Shown: positions 14,545 to 31,022 of the stretch, one piece after another | Position numbering within the stretch: the stretch's first letter is position 1 | Layout: each line of letters begins with the position of its first letter | DNA from: Chrysomallon squamiferum | Lineage: Eukaryota; Animalia; Mollusca | Direction: 5' to 3' | Assembly (NCBI GenBank): GCA_012295275.1 | Contig: CM022677.1 | Location: forward strand, 17,236,001 to 17,300,000 | DNA: 64,000 bases | The notes under the pieces: generated by a model | The model's input: the letters and a program-made list of their open reading frames with translations, nothing else | The model's database searches: none | Told to the model about the DNA's origin: nothing | Program-made: the position numbers and the translations under genes

Positions 14545-17500
14545 AGAGACAGACACACATATAGAGATAGGTAGGACGTTATATAGACACAGACAGAGTC
14601 ACAGATAGGTAGGTAGTTAGGTATACAGACACACAACCACTGCAGATAGGTACTACTAACGACGACGACGATTACACACTGATGCTTCTTATGACGGTTG
14701 AACACAGAGACACAGAGACACAGATAGGTAGGTAGATATATAGACATACACACACAGACAGAGATAGGTAGGTAGGTTATATAGACATACACAGACACAG
14801 ACAGGTAGGTAGGTAGGTTATATAGACACATAGGTAGGAAGGTTATATAGACAGACACACATACACAGACATAGATAGGTAGGTAGGTTATATAGATAGA
14901 CACACAGACAGAGATAGGTAGGTAGGTTATATAGACAGACACACAGACAGAGATAGGTAGGTAGGTTATATAGACAGACACACAGACAGAGATAGGTAGG
15001 TAGGTTATATAGACAGACACACAGACAGAGATAGGTAGGTAGGTTATATAGACAGACACACAGACAGAGATAGGTAGATAGGTTATATAGACAGACACAC
15101 AGACAGAGATAGATAGGTAGGTTATATAGAGACACACACAGACAGAGATAGGTAGGTTATATAGATAGACACACAGACACAGATAGGTAGGTAGTTATAT
15201 AGACATACACACACAGACAGAGATAGGTAGGTAGGTTATATAGACAGACACACAGACAGAGATAGGTAGGTAGGTTATATAGACAGACACACAGACAGAG
15301 ATAGGTAGGTAGGATATATACAGACACACAGACAGAGATAGGTAGGTAGGTTATATAGACACACACACAGACAGAGATAGGTAGGTAGGTTATATAGATA
15401 CACACACAGACAGAGATAGATAGGTAGGTTATATAGAGACACACACAGACAGAGATAGGTAGGTAGGTTATATAGACAGACACACAGACAGAGATAGGTA
15501 GGTAGGTTATATAGATACACACACAGACAGAGATAGATAGGTAGGTTATATAGACAGACACACAGACAGAGATAGGTAGGTAGGTTATATAGATACACAC
15601 ACAGACAGAGATAGGTAGGTAGGTTATATAGACACACACACAGACAGAGATAGATAGGTAGGTTATATATATACACACACAGACAGAGATAGGTAGGTAG
15701 GTTATATAGACACACACACAGACAGAGATAGGTAGGTAGGTTATATAGATAAACACACAGACAGAGATAGATAGGTAGGTTATATAGACACACAGACAGA
15801 GATAGGTAGGTAGGTTATATAGATACACACACAGACAGAGATAGGTAGGTAGGTTATATAGACACACACACAGACAGAGATAGGTAGGTAGGTTATATAG
15901 ATACACACACAGACAGAGATAGGTAGGTAGGTTATATAGATACACACATACAGACAGACATAGGTAGGTAGGTTATATAGATACACACACAGACAGAGAT
16001 AGGTAGGTTATATAGATACACACAGACAGAGATAGATAGGTAGGTTATATAGATACACACACAGACAGAGATAGGTAGGTTATATAGATACACACAGAGA
16101 TAGATAGGTAGGTTATATAGATACACACACAGACAGAGATAGGTAGTTTATATAGATACACACAGACAGAGATAGGTAGGTAGGTTATATAGATACACAC
16201 ACAGACAGAGATAGATAGGTAGGTTATATAGACACACACAGACAGAGATAGATAGGTAGGTTATATAGATACACACACAGACAGATAGGTAGGTTATATA
16301 TACACACACAGACAGAGATAGATAGGTAGGTTATATAGATACACACACAGACAGAGATAGGTAGGTTATATAGATACACACACAGACAGAGATAGGTAGG
16401 TAGGTTATATAGATACACACAGACAGAGATAGGTAGGTAGGTTATATAGATACACACAGACAGAGATAGATAGGTAGGTTATATAGATACACACAGACAG
16501 AGATAGATAGGTAGGTTATATAGATACACACAGACAGAGATAGATAGGTAGGTTATATAGATACACACAGACAGAGATAGATAGGTAGGTTATATAGATA
16601 CACACAGACATAGGTAGGTAGGTTATATAGATACACACACAGACAGAGATAGGTAGGTAGGTTATATAGATACACACAGACAGAGATAGGTAGGTAGGTT
16701 ATATAGATACACACAGACATAGGTAGGTAGGTTATATAGATACACACAGACAGAGATAGGTAGGTAGGTAGGTTATATAGACAGACACACAGACAGAGAT
16801 AGGTAGGTAGGTTATATACACACACAGACAGAGATAGGTTATATAGATAGGTAGGTAGGTTATATAGACAGACACACAGACAGAGATAGGTAGGTAGGTT
16901 ATATAGATACACACACAGACATAGGTAGGTAGGTTATATAGATACACACACAGACAGAGATAGGTAGGTTATATAGAGAGAAACACACACAGACAGAGAT
17001 AGGTAGGTAGGTTATATACACATACAGACATAGGTAGGTAGGTTATATAGATACACACACAGACATAGAGATAGGTAGGTAGGTTATATAGACAGACACA
17101 CAGACAGAGATAGGTAGGTAGGTTATATAGACACACACACAGACAGAGATAGATAGGTAGGTTATATAGACACACACACAGACAGAGATAGGTAGGTTAT
17201 ATAGAGAGAAACACACACAGACAGAGATAGGTAGGTAGGTTATATACACACAGACAGAGATAGGTAGGTAGGTTATATAGATACACACACAGACAGAGAT
17301 AGGTAGGTAGGTTATATAGATACACACACAGACAGAGATAGGTAGGTAGGTTATATAGATACACACACAGACAGAGATAGGTAGGTAGGTTATATAGACA
17401 CACAGACAGACATAGGTAGGTAGGTTATATAGATACACACACAGACAGAGATAGGTAGGTTATATAGATACACACAGACAGAGATAGATAGGTAGGTTAT

Positions 17501-19800
17501 ATAGATACACACACACACAGATAGGTAGGTAGGTTATATAGATACACACAGACAGAGATAGATAGGTAGGTTATATAGATACACACACAGACAGAGATAG
17601 GTAGGTTATATAGACACACACAGACAGAGATAGGTAGGTAGGTTATATAGATACACACACAGAGATAGGTAGGTAGGTTATATAGATACACACAGACAGA
17701 GATAGGTAGGTAGGTTATATAGATACACACACAGACAGATAGGTAGGTAGGTTATATAGATACACACAGACAGAGATAGATAGGTAGGTTATATAGATAC
17801 ACACAGACAGAGATAGGTAGGTAGGTTATATAGATATACACACAGACAGAGATAGGTAGGTAGGTTATATAGATACACACAGACAGACAGTTATATAGGT
17901 TATATAGATACACACAGACAGAGATAGATAGGTAGGTTATATAGATACACACAGACAGAGATAGATAGGTAGGTTATATAGATACACACAGACAGAGATA
18001 GATAGGTAGGTTATATAGATACACACAGACAGAGATAGATAGGTAGGTTATATAGATACACACACAGACATAGATAGGTAGGTTATATAGATATACACAC
18101 AGACAGAGATAGGTAGGTAGGTTATATAGATACACACAGACAGAGATAGGTAGGTAGGTTATATAGACACACAGACATAGGTAGGTAGGTTATATAGATA
18201 CACACACAGACAGAGGTAGGTAGGTAGGTTATATAGACAGACACACAGACACAGACACACAGACATAGGTAGGTAGGTTATATAGATACACACACAGACA
18301 TAGGTAGGTAGGTAGGTTATATAGACAGACACACAGACAGAGATAGGTAGGTAGGTTATATAGATACACACACATACATAGGTAGGTAGGTTATATAGAT
18401 ACACACACAGACAGAGATAGGTAGGTAGGTTATATAGAAACACACACAGACAGAGATAGGTAGGTAGGTTATATAGACACAGACAGAGATAGGTAGGTAG
18501 GTTATATAGATACACACACAGAGAGATAGGTAGGTAGGTAGGTTATATAGACAGACACACAGTCAGAGATAGGTAGGTAGGTTATATAGATACACACACA
18601 GACATAGGTAGGTAGGTTATATAGATACACATACAGGCACACATAGGTAGGTAGGTTATATAGAGAGAAACACACACAGACAGAGATAGGTAGGTAGGTT
18701 ATATACACATACAGACATAGGTAGGTAGGTTATATAGATACACACACAGACATAGGTAGGTAGGTAGGTTATATAGACAGACACACAGACAGAGATAGGT
18801 AGGTAGGTTATATAGACACACAGACAGAGATAGATAGGTAGGTTATATAGACACACACACAGACAGAGATAGATAGGTAGGTTATATAGACACACACACA
18901 GACAGAGATAGGTAGGTAGGTTATATAGACACACACAGACAGAGATAGGTAGGTTATATAGACACACACACAGACAGAGATAGATAGGTAGGTTATATAG
19001 ACACACACAGACAGAGATAGGTAGGTAGGTTATATATACATATAGGCACACATAGGTAGGTAGGTTATATACACATACAGGCACACATAGGTAGGTAGGT
19101 TATATAGAGAGAAACACACACAGACAGAGATAGGTAGGTAGGTTATATACACACACAGACACACATAGGTAGGTAGGTTATATAGAGAAACACACACAGA
19201 CAGAGATAGGTAGGTAGGTTATATACACACAGACACACATAGGTAGGTAGGTTATATAGAGAGAAACACACACAGACAGAGATAGGTAGGTAGGTTATAT
19301 ACACACAGACACACATAGGTAGGTAGGTTATATAGAGAGAGAAACACACACAGACAGAGATAGGTAGGTAGGTTATATATATACACACACAGACACACAT
19401 AGGTAGGTAGGTTATATAGAGAGAAACACACACAGACAGAGATAGGTAGGTAGGTTATATACACATACAGGCACACATAGGTAGGTAGGTTATATAGAGA
19501 GAAACACACACAGACAGAGATAGGTAGGTAGGTTATATACACATACAGGCACACATAGGTAGGTAGGTTATATAGAGAGAAACACACACAGACAGAGATA
19601 GGTAGGTAGGTTTATATACACACACACAGGCACACATAGGTAGGTAGGTTATATAGAGAGAAACACACACAGACAGAGATAGGTAGGTAGGTTATATTAC
19701 AGGCACACATAGGTAGCTAGGTTATATAGAGAGAAACACACACAGACAGAGATAGGTAGGTAGGTTGTATCACAGACATACAGAGATAGGTAGGTTGTTA
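14545..19800. repeat. ~5.2-kb composite minisatellite, unit ~28-36 bp (GGTTATATAGAYACACACAGACAGAGATAGGTAGGTA)
   Basis: Continuous array; unit length varies by slippage of the internal CA and GGTA tracts. Confidence 0.95.
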
Positions 19801-20030
19801 GATAGATTAGACGGACAGAAGGACAGAAAAATAGGTAGATAGATAGATAGATAGATAGATTTCGATGATTACGTCATAATACAGACAGACACAGACTGAC
19901 AGCTAGATAGACAGAGAGATATAGAGATAGATAAATAGATAGACAGATGTATGTACAGATGCGTGGATGGATGGACGATGGACATACAGAGAGATAGATA
20001 GACGGATGATTTGATTATATATATATATAT

Positions 20031-20142
<112 letters not shown>

Positions 20143-20712
20143 GAGAATATAAACTCAGACACAAACAAAGTAAGCGATGGTTGATGAAGTCAGACAAGTT
20201 TATAATTCGGTTAGTCCAGGAAGCAGACAGTGAGGAATAATAACGAAATAATTTTTCGTGAAAACCAGATTAACGTGATATTTTGTAGCCTTAATTGTCA
20301 CTAATGAAAACTAACAAATGACAAGAGAATTTAAACTGTTGAGCGAATTTCTGAGTCGTTTTATTCTATTAGACGGATAGGAGGCGTGATGGTTACCGAA
20401 TAACAAGATAAAATGAGAATGTTTTAACTTATTAAGATCATCCATACAGAAACCTGTGTTTATAGTCTGGAATTTATGACTCGGAGTTTGAGAAAAATTA
20501 ATGTTGAGAAATACTTCGTTTTCGTGCTAAAAGGATTTTTATTGTTGTTGATGTGTTGTGTTTGTCTTTAAGCTTTCGTTGGCTGGGTGATAGATACTGT
20601 TTTATTAATAATTAATTTGTTTGTTTATTTAATTTTTATTTGTGTGGGTTTTTTTAAATTAATTAATTAAGTTATTTATTTATTTAATTTTTTTATTTAA
20701 TTTTATTTCTAT

Positions 20713-20763
<51 letters not shown>

Positions 20764-22313
20764 TTGTTGATGTTGTATGATTAACCCTTTATTTCTTTGT
20801 TTTGTATCGATAGTGGAAGTTGCTGTGGTTATTGCTGTGGTTATTGCTGTTAGAAGTCATTGTAACAGCAGTAGATTAGTAACCCTAGTTGTACTAGTAA
20901 CAGTGGTATTAGTATTTGTAGCAGAAATACTTGTAATTACTATTATTGTTTTTAGAAATCATGATACAGATTTCTGTCGTCACAGAACTTGCTGCTGTTT
21001 TCTCTTACAGAAAGGAAGAATATGTATCTTTGTAAAGAGACTAAAATTTATAATAAATATATTTGCATTATTTTGCAGAACAGTAGGTAACCACGATTAC
21101 TATACTGAAAAAACTTACGTCATTGCCTGTAAATATTACGTCACTGTACTGCAACTTATTACAATTGTACCACAAACTATCAAGACGTAGGATGAAAGCT
21201 ATTACATCATATGACTGCAGACTGTTACACTGCGGTTCTGGATGCTATTGTAACCATATGACGTCATTTAACGTCCTCTAACCATTCTGGTTGTATTTGA
21301 AAATACACTCGAAGTAATTTTTGCTGCCGAATAAAATAATATTAAATCTGAAAAAAAAAAAAAAAAAATAGAGCATTTCTTCTGAACTATCAGCATCTCT
21401 GACAATTTTATAAACCGAAAAAAAAAAAAAAAAAAATTATATATTAATAAAAACACCTCATTTACTGTGTCACTATCGAAACTGGTCAAAAATTATTCGC
21501 TTGATCCTTAATGAATCTGCTGCTGCGATTGAATCGACCATACGACAATGACAGCCTTGATGAAACGGTTCCTCTATAAACAAACAAAACAAAAAAAATA
21601 ATCAAAATAAAAAAAACAAAATATTGTTAACTTTTCGCTAAACTCCATTGACAGATACTTGTGCACGGTCCATAAAGCAGCACAGTTCAAAGGGGAGAGT
21701 TTTTAACGAGTTATATGCCGCAATTATCGGCCTTCGAAGATGAAAGCCGGAGCCAACAGACGGCATCATTGCTTGAAGCAAAAGATCTGGCGAGCTGGAA
21801 AAAAAAAAAAAAAAATTTATCCAGAGGATTATGGATAATGATCTGATGTCGGATCAGACTTGATGAAAATCCGAGCTTTTCGTTGGGTGAGATAAAAAAA
21901 AAAAAAATAAAAAAATAAAAAAAGGTTTCTGATGTCAGTTTTATTTTTGTCGATCTCTGGGTGGAATAAAAATGTCAGATTCTGTTTTCTTTATTATTAT
22001 TTTATTTTATTTTATGATTATTGTTTTTTTGTTGTTGTTTTTTTGGTTTGGTCAGTGTTCGTTCTGATCAGTGTGAGCCTGGAAGAAGAAGGCCATAATG
22101 ATGATGATGACGACGATGATGATGATGATGATGATGTGATGATGACGATAATGATGATGATGATGTTAACGATGATCGTGATGCTGAAGTAGTAGCAATA
22201 GTAATGATGGTGCCATTGTGACGATAATCAAAGTTATTGCTATAATTATAATAATGGCAGAAGTTAGTATTAGTTTTAACAGGTAGAATTTGAATCATCG
22301 ACACCTTTCTCTA

Positions 22314-22480
22314 TCTTTCCCTTCCATTACTTTTAATTTCATCTTCTTTATTCAAATCTATATTAATTATCTTTCCCTTCCATTGATTTTAATTTCATCT
22401 TCTTTATTCATATTTATATTAATTATCTTTCTTTTCCATTACTTTTAATTTCATCTTCTTTATTCATATTTGTATTAATT
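22314..22480. repeat. 56-bp tandem repeat, 3 copies
   Basis: Unit starts at 22314, 22370, 22426. Confidence 0.9.
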
Positions 22481-22931
22481 TTGCACAGTGACATTTACGT
22501 GACAAAACTACATATATGTGCGTAGATATATTTTTGAAATGATGATTAAACATCCTTTGTAATAGACTTTTGGAAATAATGACGCACATTATTAATAAAA
22601 CAACTCTTTATTATTTATCACAAATGACTACTTTAATAACACACCTTTTATTATGTATATGTGTGCATGTGTGAGGTATATGTGGCTGATATAATTACAT
22701 CTCCTTTTAATTACATATTTTATAAATTATTGTTATTATTATTTTTATTACATCGAATATGAGGTTTATTCTCAGTTATAACTCCTTTGTCTCTTTATAT
22801 CGGTTATAGTTCTTGTACGTTTTAATAATTTTGTTTTTCAACATTTTCATTTTCCTTTTTGAAGTGTAAATCCTATTTTATGTAATGCTTCTGTGAGTTT
22901 AACATACAGCTGTACTGAACGCGACCTAGAC

Positions 22932-23046
<115 letters not shown>

Positions 23047-23879
23047 ATTACTTGCAAAAGCTGTCTCTGTTTCTCTCTTTCTAGATGGATGGACGAAACG
23101 ATGGATGGAATATATTACATATTCTTCAATGATTAACCAGTTTCGCTACATCCAACTATTCATCCGTCCGTACATGCAACTGCAGTGTTATCCAGTCACT
23201 GTCTCTCTCAATTCCTCCTATCTATCCATCCATCATCCAGTTTCTCTCCTTCTGTGCTACTTCTGTCAATCCGTTTCCTTTTCTTTCTATTCCGTAATTA
23301 ATACATTCATCCATCTAATTCTTCCTACCATCCACCCATCCACCTACCAGTTACTTCTGATATTTTTCGTGTTTTTTACTTCCATCATCCGCACATTGTT
23401 CCATCTATCTGTCTTTCCATCGATCCATCCATTAGTCAAACCATTCGTTATCACACTTCATCAACCAAACCAGTTATCTATCATGGGAAACCATTTAATT
23501 TTTTCATTCATCTATCATTTTATTCAGCATTCTCGGTTCATTGGTTATATAATTATATATATATAATTATATACTCGAAACATATCTCTATCTTTCAATC
23601 TCTTTATTAATATTTCCATCCATCTATCCACTCCATCGATTTATATACGCACTCATCATCCGCTTAAGTGGATCATCTATCATCATTCATCCAACCATTT
23701 ATCCATCATTTACCTCCTCCTCTTTCCGACATTCTTCCATTTAATCCATCAGTCAATCCTACAATCCATTGTCAGACTGTTTTTCTGTCTCTCCGTGCAG
23801 CCATCCGTTAATTTGTCTATCTATCATCCGTCCATTTATTCATCATTCTATATATGCAACAACCACCTATTCTTGTCAT

Positions 23880-25416
23880 AATGTACACTAGATGTATCTC
23901 TCTCCTTCATACTGTACTAGATATATCTCTCCTTCATACTGTACTAGATATATCTCTCCTTCATACTGTACTAGATATATCTCTCTCCTTCATACTGTAC
24001 TAGATATATCTCTCCTTCATACTATACTAGATATATCTCTCCTTCATACTGTACTATATATATCTCTCCTTCATACTGTACTAGATATATCTCTCCTTCA
24101 TACTGTACTAGATATATATCTCCTTCCTTCACTGTACTAGATATATCTCTCTCCTTCCTTCTAGAGATATATCTATCCTTCATACTATACTAGTTATCTC
24201 TCTCCTTCATACTGTACTAGATATATCTCTCCTTCATACTGTACTAAATATATCTCTCCTTCATACTCTACTAGCTATATCTCTCCTTCATACTGTACTA
24301 GATATATCTATCCTTCATACTGTACAAGATATATCTCTCTCCTTCATACTGTACTAGCTATATCCCTCCTTCACACTATACTAGATACATCTCTCCTTCA
24401 TACTGTACTAGATATACATCTCTCCTTCATACTGTACTAGATATATATCTCTCCTTCATACTGTACTAGATATATCTCTCCTTCTTACTGTACTAAATAT
24501 ATCTCTCTCCTTCATACTGTACTAGATATATCTGTCTCCTTCATACTGTACACTAGATGTATATCTCTCCTTCATACTGTACACTAGATATATCTCTCTC
24601 CTTCATACTGTACTAGATACATCTTCTCCTTCATACTGTACACTAGATGTATATCTCTCCTTCATACTGTACACTAGATGTATCTCTCTCCTTCATACTG
24701 TACACTAGATGTATCTCTCTCCTTCATACGGTACTAGATACATCTCTCTCCTTCATACTGTACACTAGATGTATATCTCTCCTTCATACTGTACACTAGA
24801 TATATCTCTCATTCATACTGTACTAGATATATCTCTCCTTCATACTGTACTAGATATATCTCTCCTTCATACTGTACTAGATATATATCTCCTTCATACT
24901 GTACTAGATACATCTCTCCTTCATACTGTACTAGATATATCTCTCCTTCATACTGTACTAGATATATCCCTCCTTCACACTGTACTAGATATATCTCTCC
25001 TTCATACTGTACTAGATATATATCTCTCCATCATACTGTACTAGATATATCTCTCCTTCATACTATACTAGATATCTCTCTTCTGCATACTAGATATAGC
25101 TCTCTCCTTCAGACTGTACTAGATAGATCTCTCCTGCATACTGTACTAGATAGATCTCTCCTTCATACTGTACTAGTTATATCTCTCCTTCATGTGTACT
25201 ACTGGTTATATATCTCCTTCATACTCTACTAGATATATATCTCTCCTTCATATGTACTAGTTATATATCGCTTTCACACTGTACTAGATATATATCTCTC
25301 CTTCCTACTGTATTAGATATATCTCTCTCCTTCGTACTAGATATATCTCTCTCCTTTATACTGTACTATATATCTCTCCTTCATACTGTACTAGATATAT
25401 ATATCCTTCATACTGC
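23880..25416. repeat. ~27-bp minisatellite (TCTCCTTCATACTGTACTAGATATATC), 1.5 kb
   Basis: Direct reading; 2-bp length variants; more degenerate at the right end. Confidence 0.95.
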
Positions 25417-26208
25417 ATGATCGGATACATGAAAGACTGAAAGACAGATGGATGTTAGGAGTGTAGAAAGATAGATATATAATGGATGGATGGATGGATG
25501 GATGGATGGACGGATGGATGGATGGATAGCTCTATCGTTTAATTAAGGAAAAAGAGTGATGATGAATGGAAAGACAAACGGAAATACAGATAACAGCTAG
25601 ATACACGAATGGCCCGATGGATAGAAAGAAACAGTCAGATGAAATGAAATGAAATGAAATGGATGCATGAATAAAAAGATAGACAGATGGACAGGTGAAT
25701 AAATGGAGGTATGGACGGATCAACGGACTGACAGAAAAACAGATCGTCAACCGTACAGACAATCAGACAGAAACATCTTTTGACAGAACGCAGATACAAG
25801 CGAACTGACATTTGTGTTCGCTGTGACAGAATCAAGCTGACGATTGTAACAAAATTGCTCTTCGTTCTGCGATTTATTTTCTTGCAGACAATCTGAAGCC
25901 CCGGGGCGATGTTTAAGCGTTTCATTTTAGAACCTTCCCTATATTGGACGATTTAATAAGCCAGGGTGAAGTGTGTCAAACAATTTCACAGCACAGAAAA
26001 TAGCAGACGAACAAAAGCGATTTTATTGTGAAAATTATCACGTTGATTTGTTGGAAAGAAAACCAATTTGACGACAATTATTAGTCGAAAAGTGTTTCTC
26101 GTTCTGTCGAAAGAAAATTCTTCTTTTTTTGTTCTTCTTTGTCATTTCTTTTTTTCTGTTTCTTGTCCGTTTTATGAACTTGTTTGTATTGTTTTCGGCC
26201 ATTGTTTT

Positions 26209-26290
<82 letters not shown>

Positions 26291-26673
26291 GCTTGACCGT
26301 AATTGGATATATAGTTTGATTTTCTTTTAATTTTATTTTTACTGGTTTTGTTTATAACCTCATTGTAAAAAACGATCGTTTTCGATTTCATTTCGGACAT
26401 CAATATTTTTCTGTCTGGCGTCAGACATTCCTGTAATCAAATTGATGTCGGATAACCAATGTTTTTATTGGCAGTTAGTTTCATACGAATTGTTTTGTTA
26501 TCTGTAGCGAATTACTTAACAGCGGCTGCTATTCGATTAATACTGCAAACACTTGAAGTGATAGCTTTTTTTTTTTACTGAATAACTTCGTCGTTAAACT
26601 ATAAATTATGTTTGTGTTTCTTTAGGTTAAAGTGTCTGTGTACATGGGTGAGTGTGTGAGAGTTTGTGTGTCT

Positions 26674-26734
<61 letters not shown>

Positions 26735-27563
26735 ATAACTGGTATTACTACGATCAGAATGTCAGTTTATATGAGCACCAGTCACACAAGCAAACATGCT
26801 TACGCACACATACGTACGTATACACACACACACACACTCACTATACAAACACAAAACACACACGCTTACACACACTCAGAAACACACTCATACACGCACA
26901 AATACACACATTCATACAAACACACAGACTTATACAGACTCATACACACTTATAGATATTCAGCATACTCGGAAACACACATATACACTCATAAACACAC
27001 ACACACACACGCACACCAACACACACACACACAAACACACATACAAACAAACTGAGTATATCCCCACTATCTTTGCTAGCGGTATCAGTGTAACCACTGC
27101 TTCACAACACTCTGACTGACAGTCGGAGACAGTAAACAGCCTGGGGCTGTGTTAGTTTAGATGAGAACAGAAATCTGGTTAAGGACACACAAAGTCGCAC
27201 TAATAGTGTTTCGAGGCGAAACTCAGAGAGAGAGAGAAAGAGACAGAGATGATCACAGAATTGTTCAAGACTTAATCAGTGGACAAATCTGTCATTGTGT
27301 GTGTGACACGTGGTTACTCCCACGCAGTGTTAAAGTACGCCTAACCTGTATCGACATGTTTGTGTGTGTTTATGTGTGCTGTATGTATGTATGTATGTAT
27401 GTATGTATCTATGTATCTATGTATATAAACTATATTTATGTATTTAAGTATTCTTCTCGCTCGATTTCTCAATATTTTTCTCTTTCTTTCTATCTCTCTT
27501 TGTATTTCTGTTTCTTTAAATGACTATCTTTGTCATTACTCTCTCTCTCTCTCACTCTCTCGT

Positions 27564-27638
<75 letters not shown>

Positions 27639-27932
27639 GTGCCTTTCACTTTTAATAATTAACACATGCACAGTGGTAGAAGTGGTAGAGGCAGTAGTAT
27701 GTAGTTGTTGGTGTTGGTAATGTGGTAGCAGTAGTTGTTACAACAATAGTAGCAGTGAATGGTGGTAGTGGTAGAGTAGTAACAGCTTTTGTAGTAGTAG
27801 TAGAAACTGTAAAGTAGCATAATAATGGTAACAGAGTAGAACTGAGTAATGAAACATGTCTGTATGTGTATGTGTGTATATATATGTGTGTGTGTGTGTG
27901 GTTGTGTTATGAATTTCCTCAAAACGTTTTAT

Positions 27933-28015
<83 letters not shown>

Positions 28016-28845
28016 TCTTTCTCAAACCTGTTATTACCACATTCAGCAATAGGAAAGCAACAAAACTGCATTTTATTAATAACACCCAAAGCCCCTCTGC
28101 TATATTTAAATCACATTTCCTAGCCATTCACTTTGAAAAAGCGACGGAATAATTTCCCTCGCAGATTAGTTTAAACCGCATTGTACTTGGCCTGAATTGC
28201 GTAATGTCAGAATAAAATTAATCTTTCCGATAAAACTACGTCATCACTGGCAGCTACATCAACATGTTTATGACTTCGGGTTAGATCCGGGGTCAACGAT
28301 TAACCATAAAGATGTCGTCGAAAAGGTCGTTAAATCAATTTGATTTTTTTTAAACTTTAACAGTCATCAAAGACGTGCGAATATTTCGGACCGACATCAG
28401 TGCATTTTTACGACTCGGAGTCTCAGTGTTATGTTGGTTTACGAAATTATTTCTCGCGTCTTTTACCCAATTTGCTTCCTGGAAATACTTAAGGTCTCAA
28501 ACCTGCAGAATAAAAAAACGAAAAAAAAAAAAAAAAACATGGTACTAGTTCAAAACCATTGGTGCGCTGTAAATACTGTTGGAAGTTTGCACGGATTTGA
28601 AAAAGAAAGGTTATGACAAGAGTAGAGATAATGATAGTTACAGAATTTTAAATAATAAAAAAAAACTTTCGGGTATTTGTAATCTGCAATTATTTTTTAT
28701 TTTTTTGGGGATAACTTTCTTTCATACGTTCAGTGTTTCTTTATCAGTCTATGTGTATATTTCGGTCGATCTGTCTATCGATCTATCTATCTATTTATAT
28801 GTCTACTTAAATGGCTGGCTGTCTAGATACCTGTCTTCTTATTTT

Positions 28846-28947
<102 letters not shown>

Positions 28948-29159
28948 CCCTTTCTTACACCTCTCTGACTTTCTAAGTTTTATACTAACTAGTTCTAATT
29001 ATACATACTGATTAGCTAACTGACTTATACCACTAGTTCCTGACCATAATTAGATTTATCTCCACAGAAATACAAAATTTGATTATCCCATCTACTAACA
29101 AGGTAACCATTACACTGCGGCTCTTTTTCATTACTGTTAGTACAAACGTCAGTATAAAA

Positions 29160-29632
29160 CTCTCTGACTCTCTCTATCTCTCTTTGGCTCTGTCTCTCTG
29201 TCTCTCTGCTTCTCTCTTTCATTCTCTCTCTGTCTCTGTATATCTCTCTATTTCTCTCTTTCTGTCTGTCTGTCTGTCTCTGTCTCTTCTCTGTCTGTCT
29301 TTTTTTTATCTCTCTTTTTTCTCTATATGTGTCTCTCTGTCTTCTCTGCCTCTCTTTGTCTCTGTCTCTCTATCTCTCTCCGTCTGTCTTTGTCTCTATC
29401 TTTGTCTCTCTCTGTGTTTCTCTCTGTCTCTCTGTCTGTCTGTCTCTATGTGTCTCTCTCTTTCTGTCTGTTTCTCTGCCTCTCTCTTTCTGACTGTTTG
29501 TCGCTCTCTCTTTCTCTGTCTTTCTTTGTCTCTGTCTATCTGTCTTTCTCTCTTCTTTCTGTCTGTCTGTCTCTGTCTTTCTTTGTCTTTTGTCTGTTTG
29601 TCAGTCTCTCTTTCTCTGTCTTTCTTTCTTTG

Positions 29633-29668
<36 letters not shown>

Positions 29669-29682
29669 TCCCTCCCTCCCCT

Positions 29683-29722
<40 letters not shown>
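29160..29722. repeat. Degenerate (CT)/(CTGT) pyrimidine-rich tract
   Basis: Direct reading. Confidence 0.9.
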
Positions 29723-30133
29723 CATCTGTTCTCTGGTATCTTTGTTCTCTGTCTATATTTTTGTTTTCTCTCTCTCACGTTTTGAGGGATCGTTCATTAA
29801 AACAAAATTAAAGAATAACAGCGTGCTAGGCTCTCCTAATTATCATTCAATTATCATTTAATCATCACTTTAATTATTGTGATTGTTCTGTTAATCATCA
29901 TTCTCAACAGGCATGGTGATTTTTTCAAATCATCATTTTAATCATTTCTGATTGCCATGTAATTGTAATGTTAAGGTCTTTATTATACATTAATTATACA
30001 TTATGTTTTGCTGTTGATGTTATTTTTTTTTGTTTTCATTGTTTGTTCGTTGTTGTTGATTTTTTAAATTGTTATTATTTGTTTGTTCGTTCGTTACTGT
30101 TGTTGTGTTTGTTTTCTTTGTTAGTTTCTGTTG

Positions 30134-30170
<37 letters not shown>

Positions 30171-30200
30171 ATTGTATATGTAATTGTTCGATTTTTAGTT

Positions 30201-30231
<31 letters not shown>

Positions 30232-30689
30232 CTTTTTTTTGTGATGTTGGGTTTTTCGTTCTTTTTTCATCTTTCTTTGTTGTTTTTTTGCGGCTATAGT
30301 TGTTATTGTTTCTGCTCGTTTTATTATTTTTTCTAAAATCTTTTTAGTATTCATTCTATTCTATTTAAACTCTAACAATTAAACGGCTATTCATTTCAAG
30401 AGAATATTTGCTGGATTTCTATTAGATATGAATTGTATATAATTGTATAAAGTACAGCAGACAGAAGTGGATGTTATAATGTATTTTCCTGTTCACTGAA
30501 CCGTGAAGAAAGAAAAAGAAACTGTCTGAAAAAAAGGAAAAGTCATAAAAATAGGAGAGAGCTGGTGAGTAAGTGTTTATTTTTAATAAAGCGCTTGTGT
30601 ATTTGCCTTTTGTGTTAATATACGTATTTATATGTATGTCTGTGTCTGTAATAATTGTGTTATGATTGTGTATGACTTAGATACATTTA

Positions 30690-31022
<333 letters not shown>

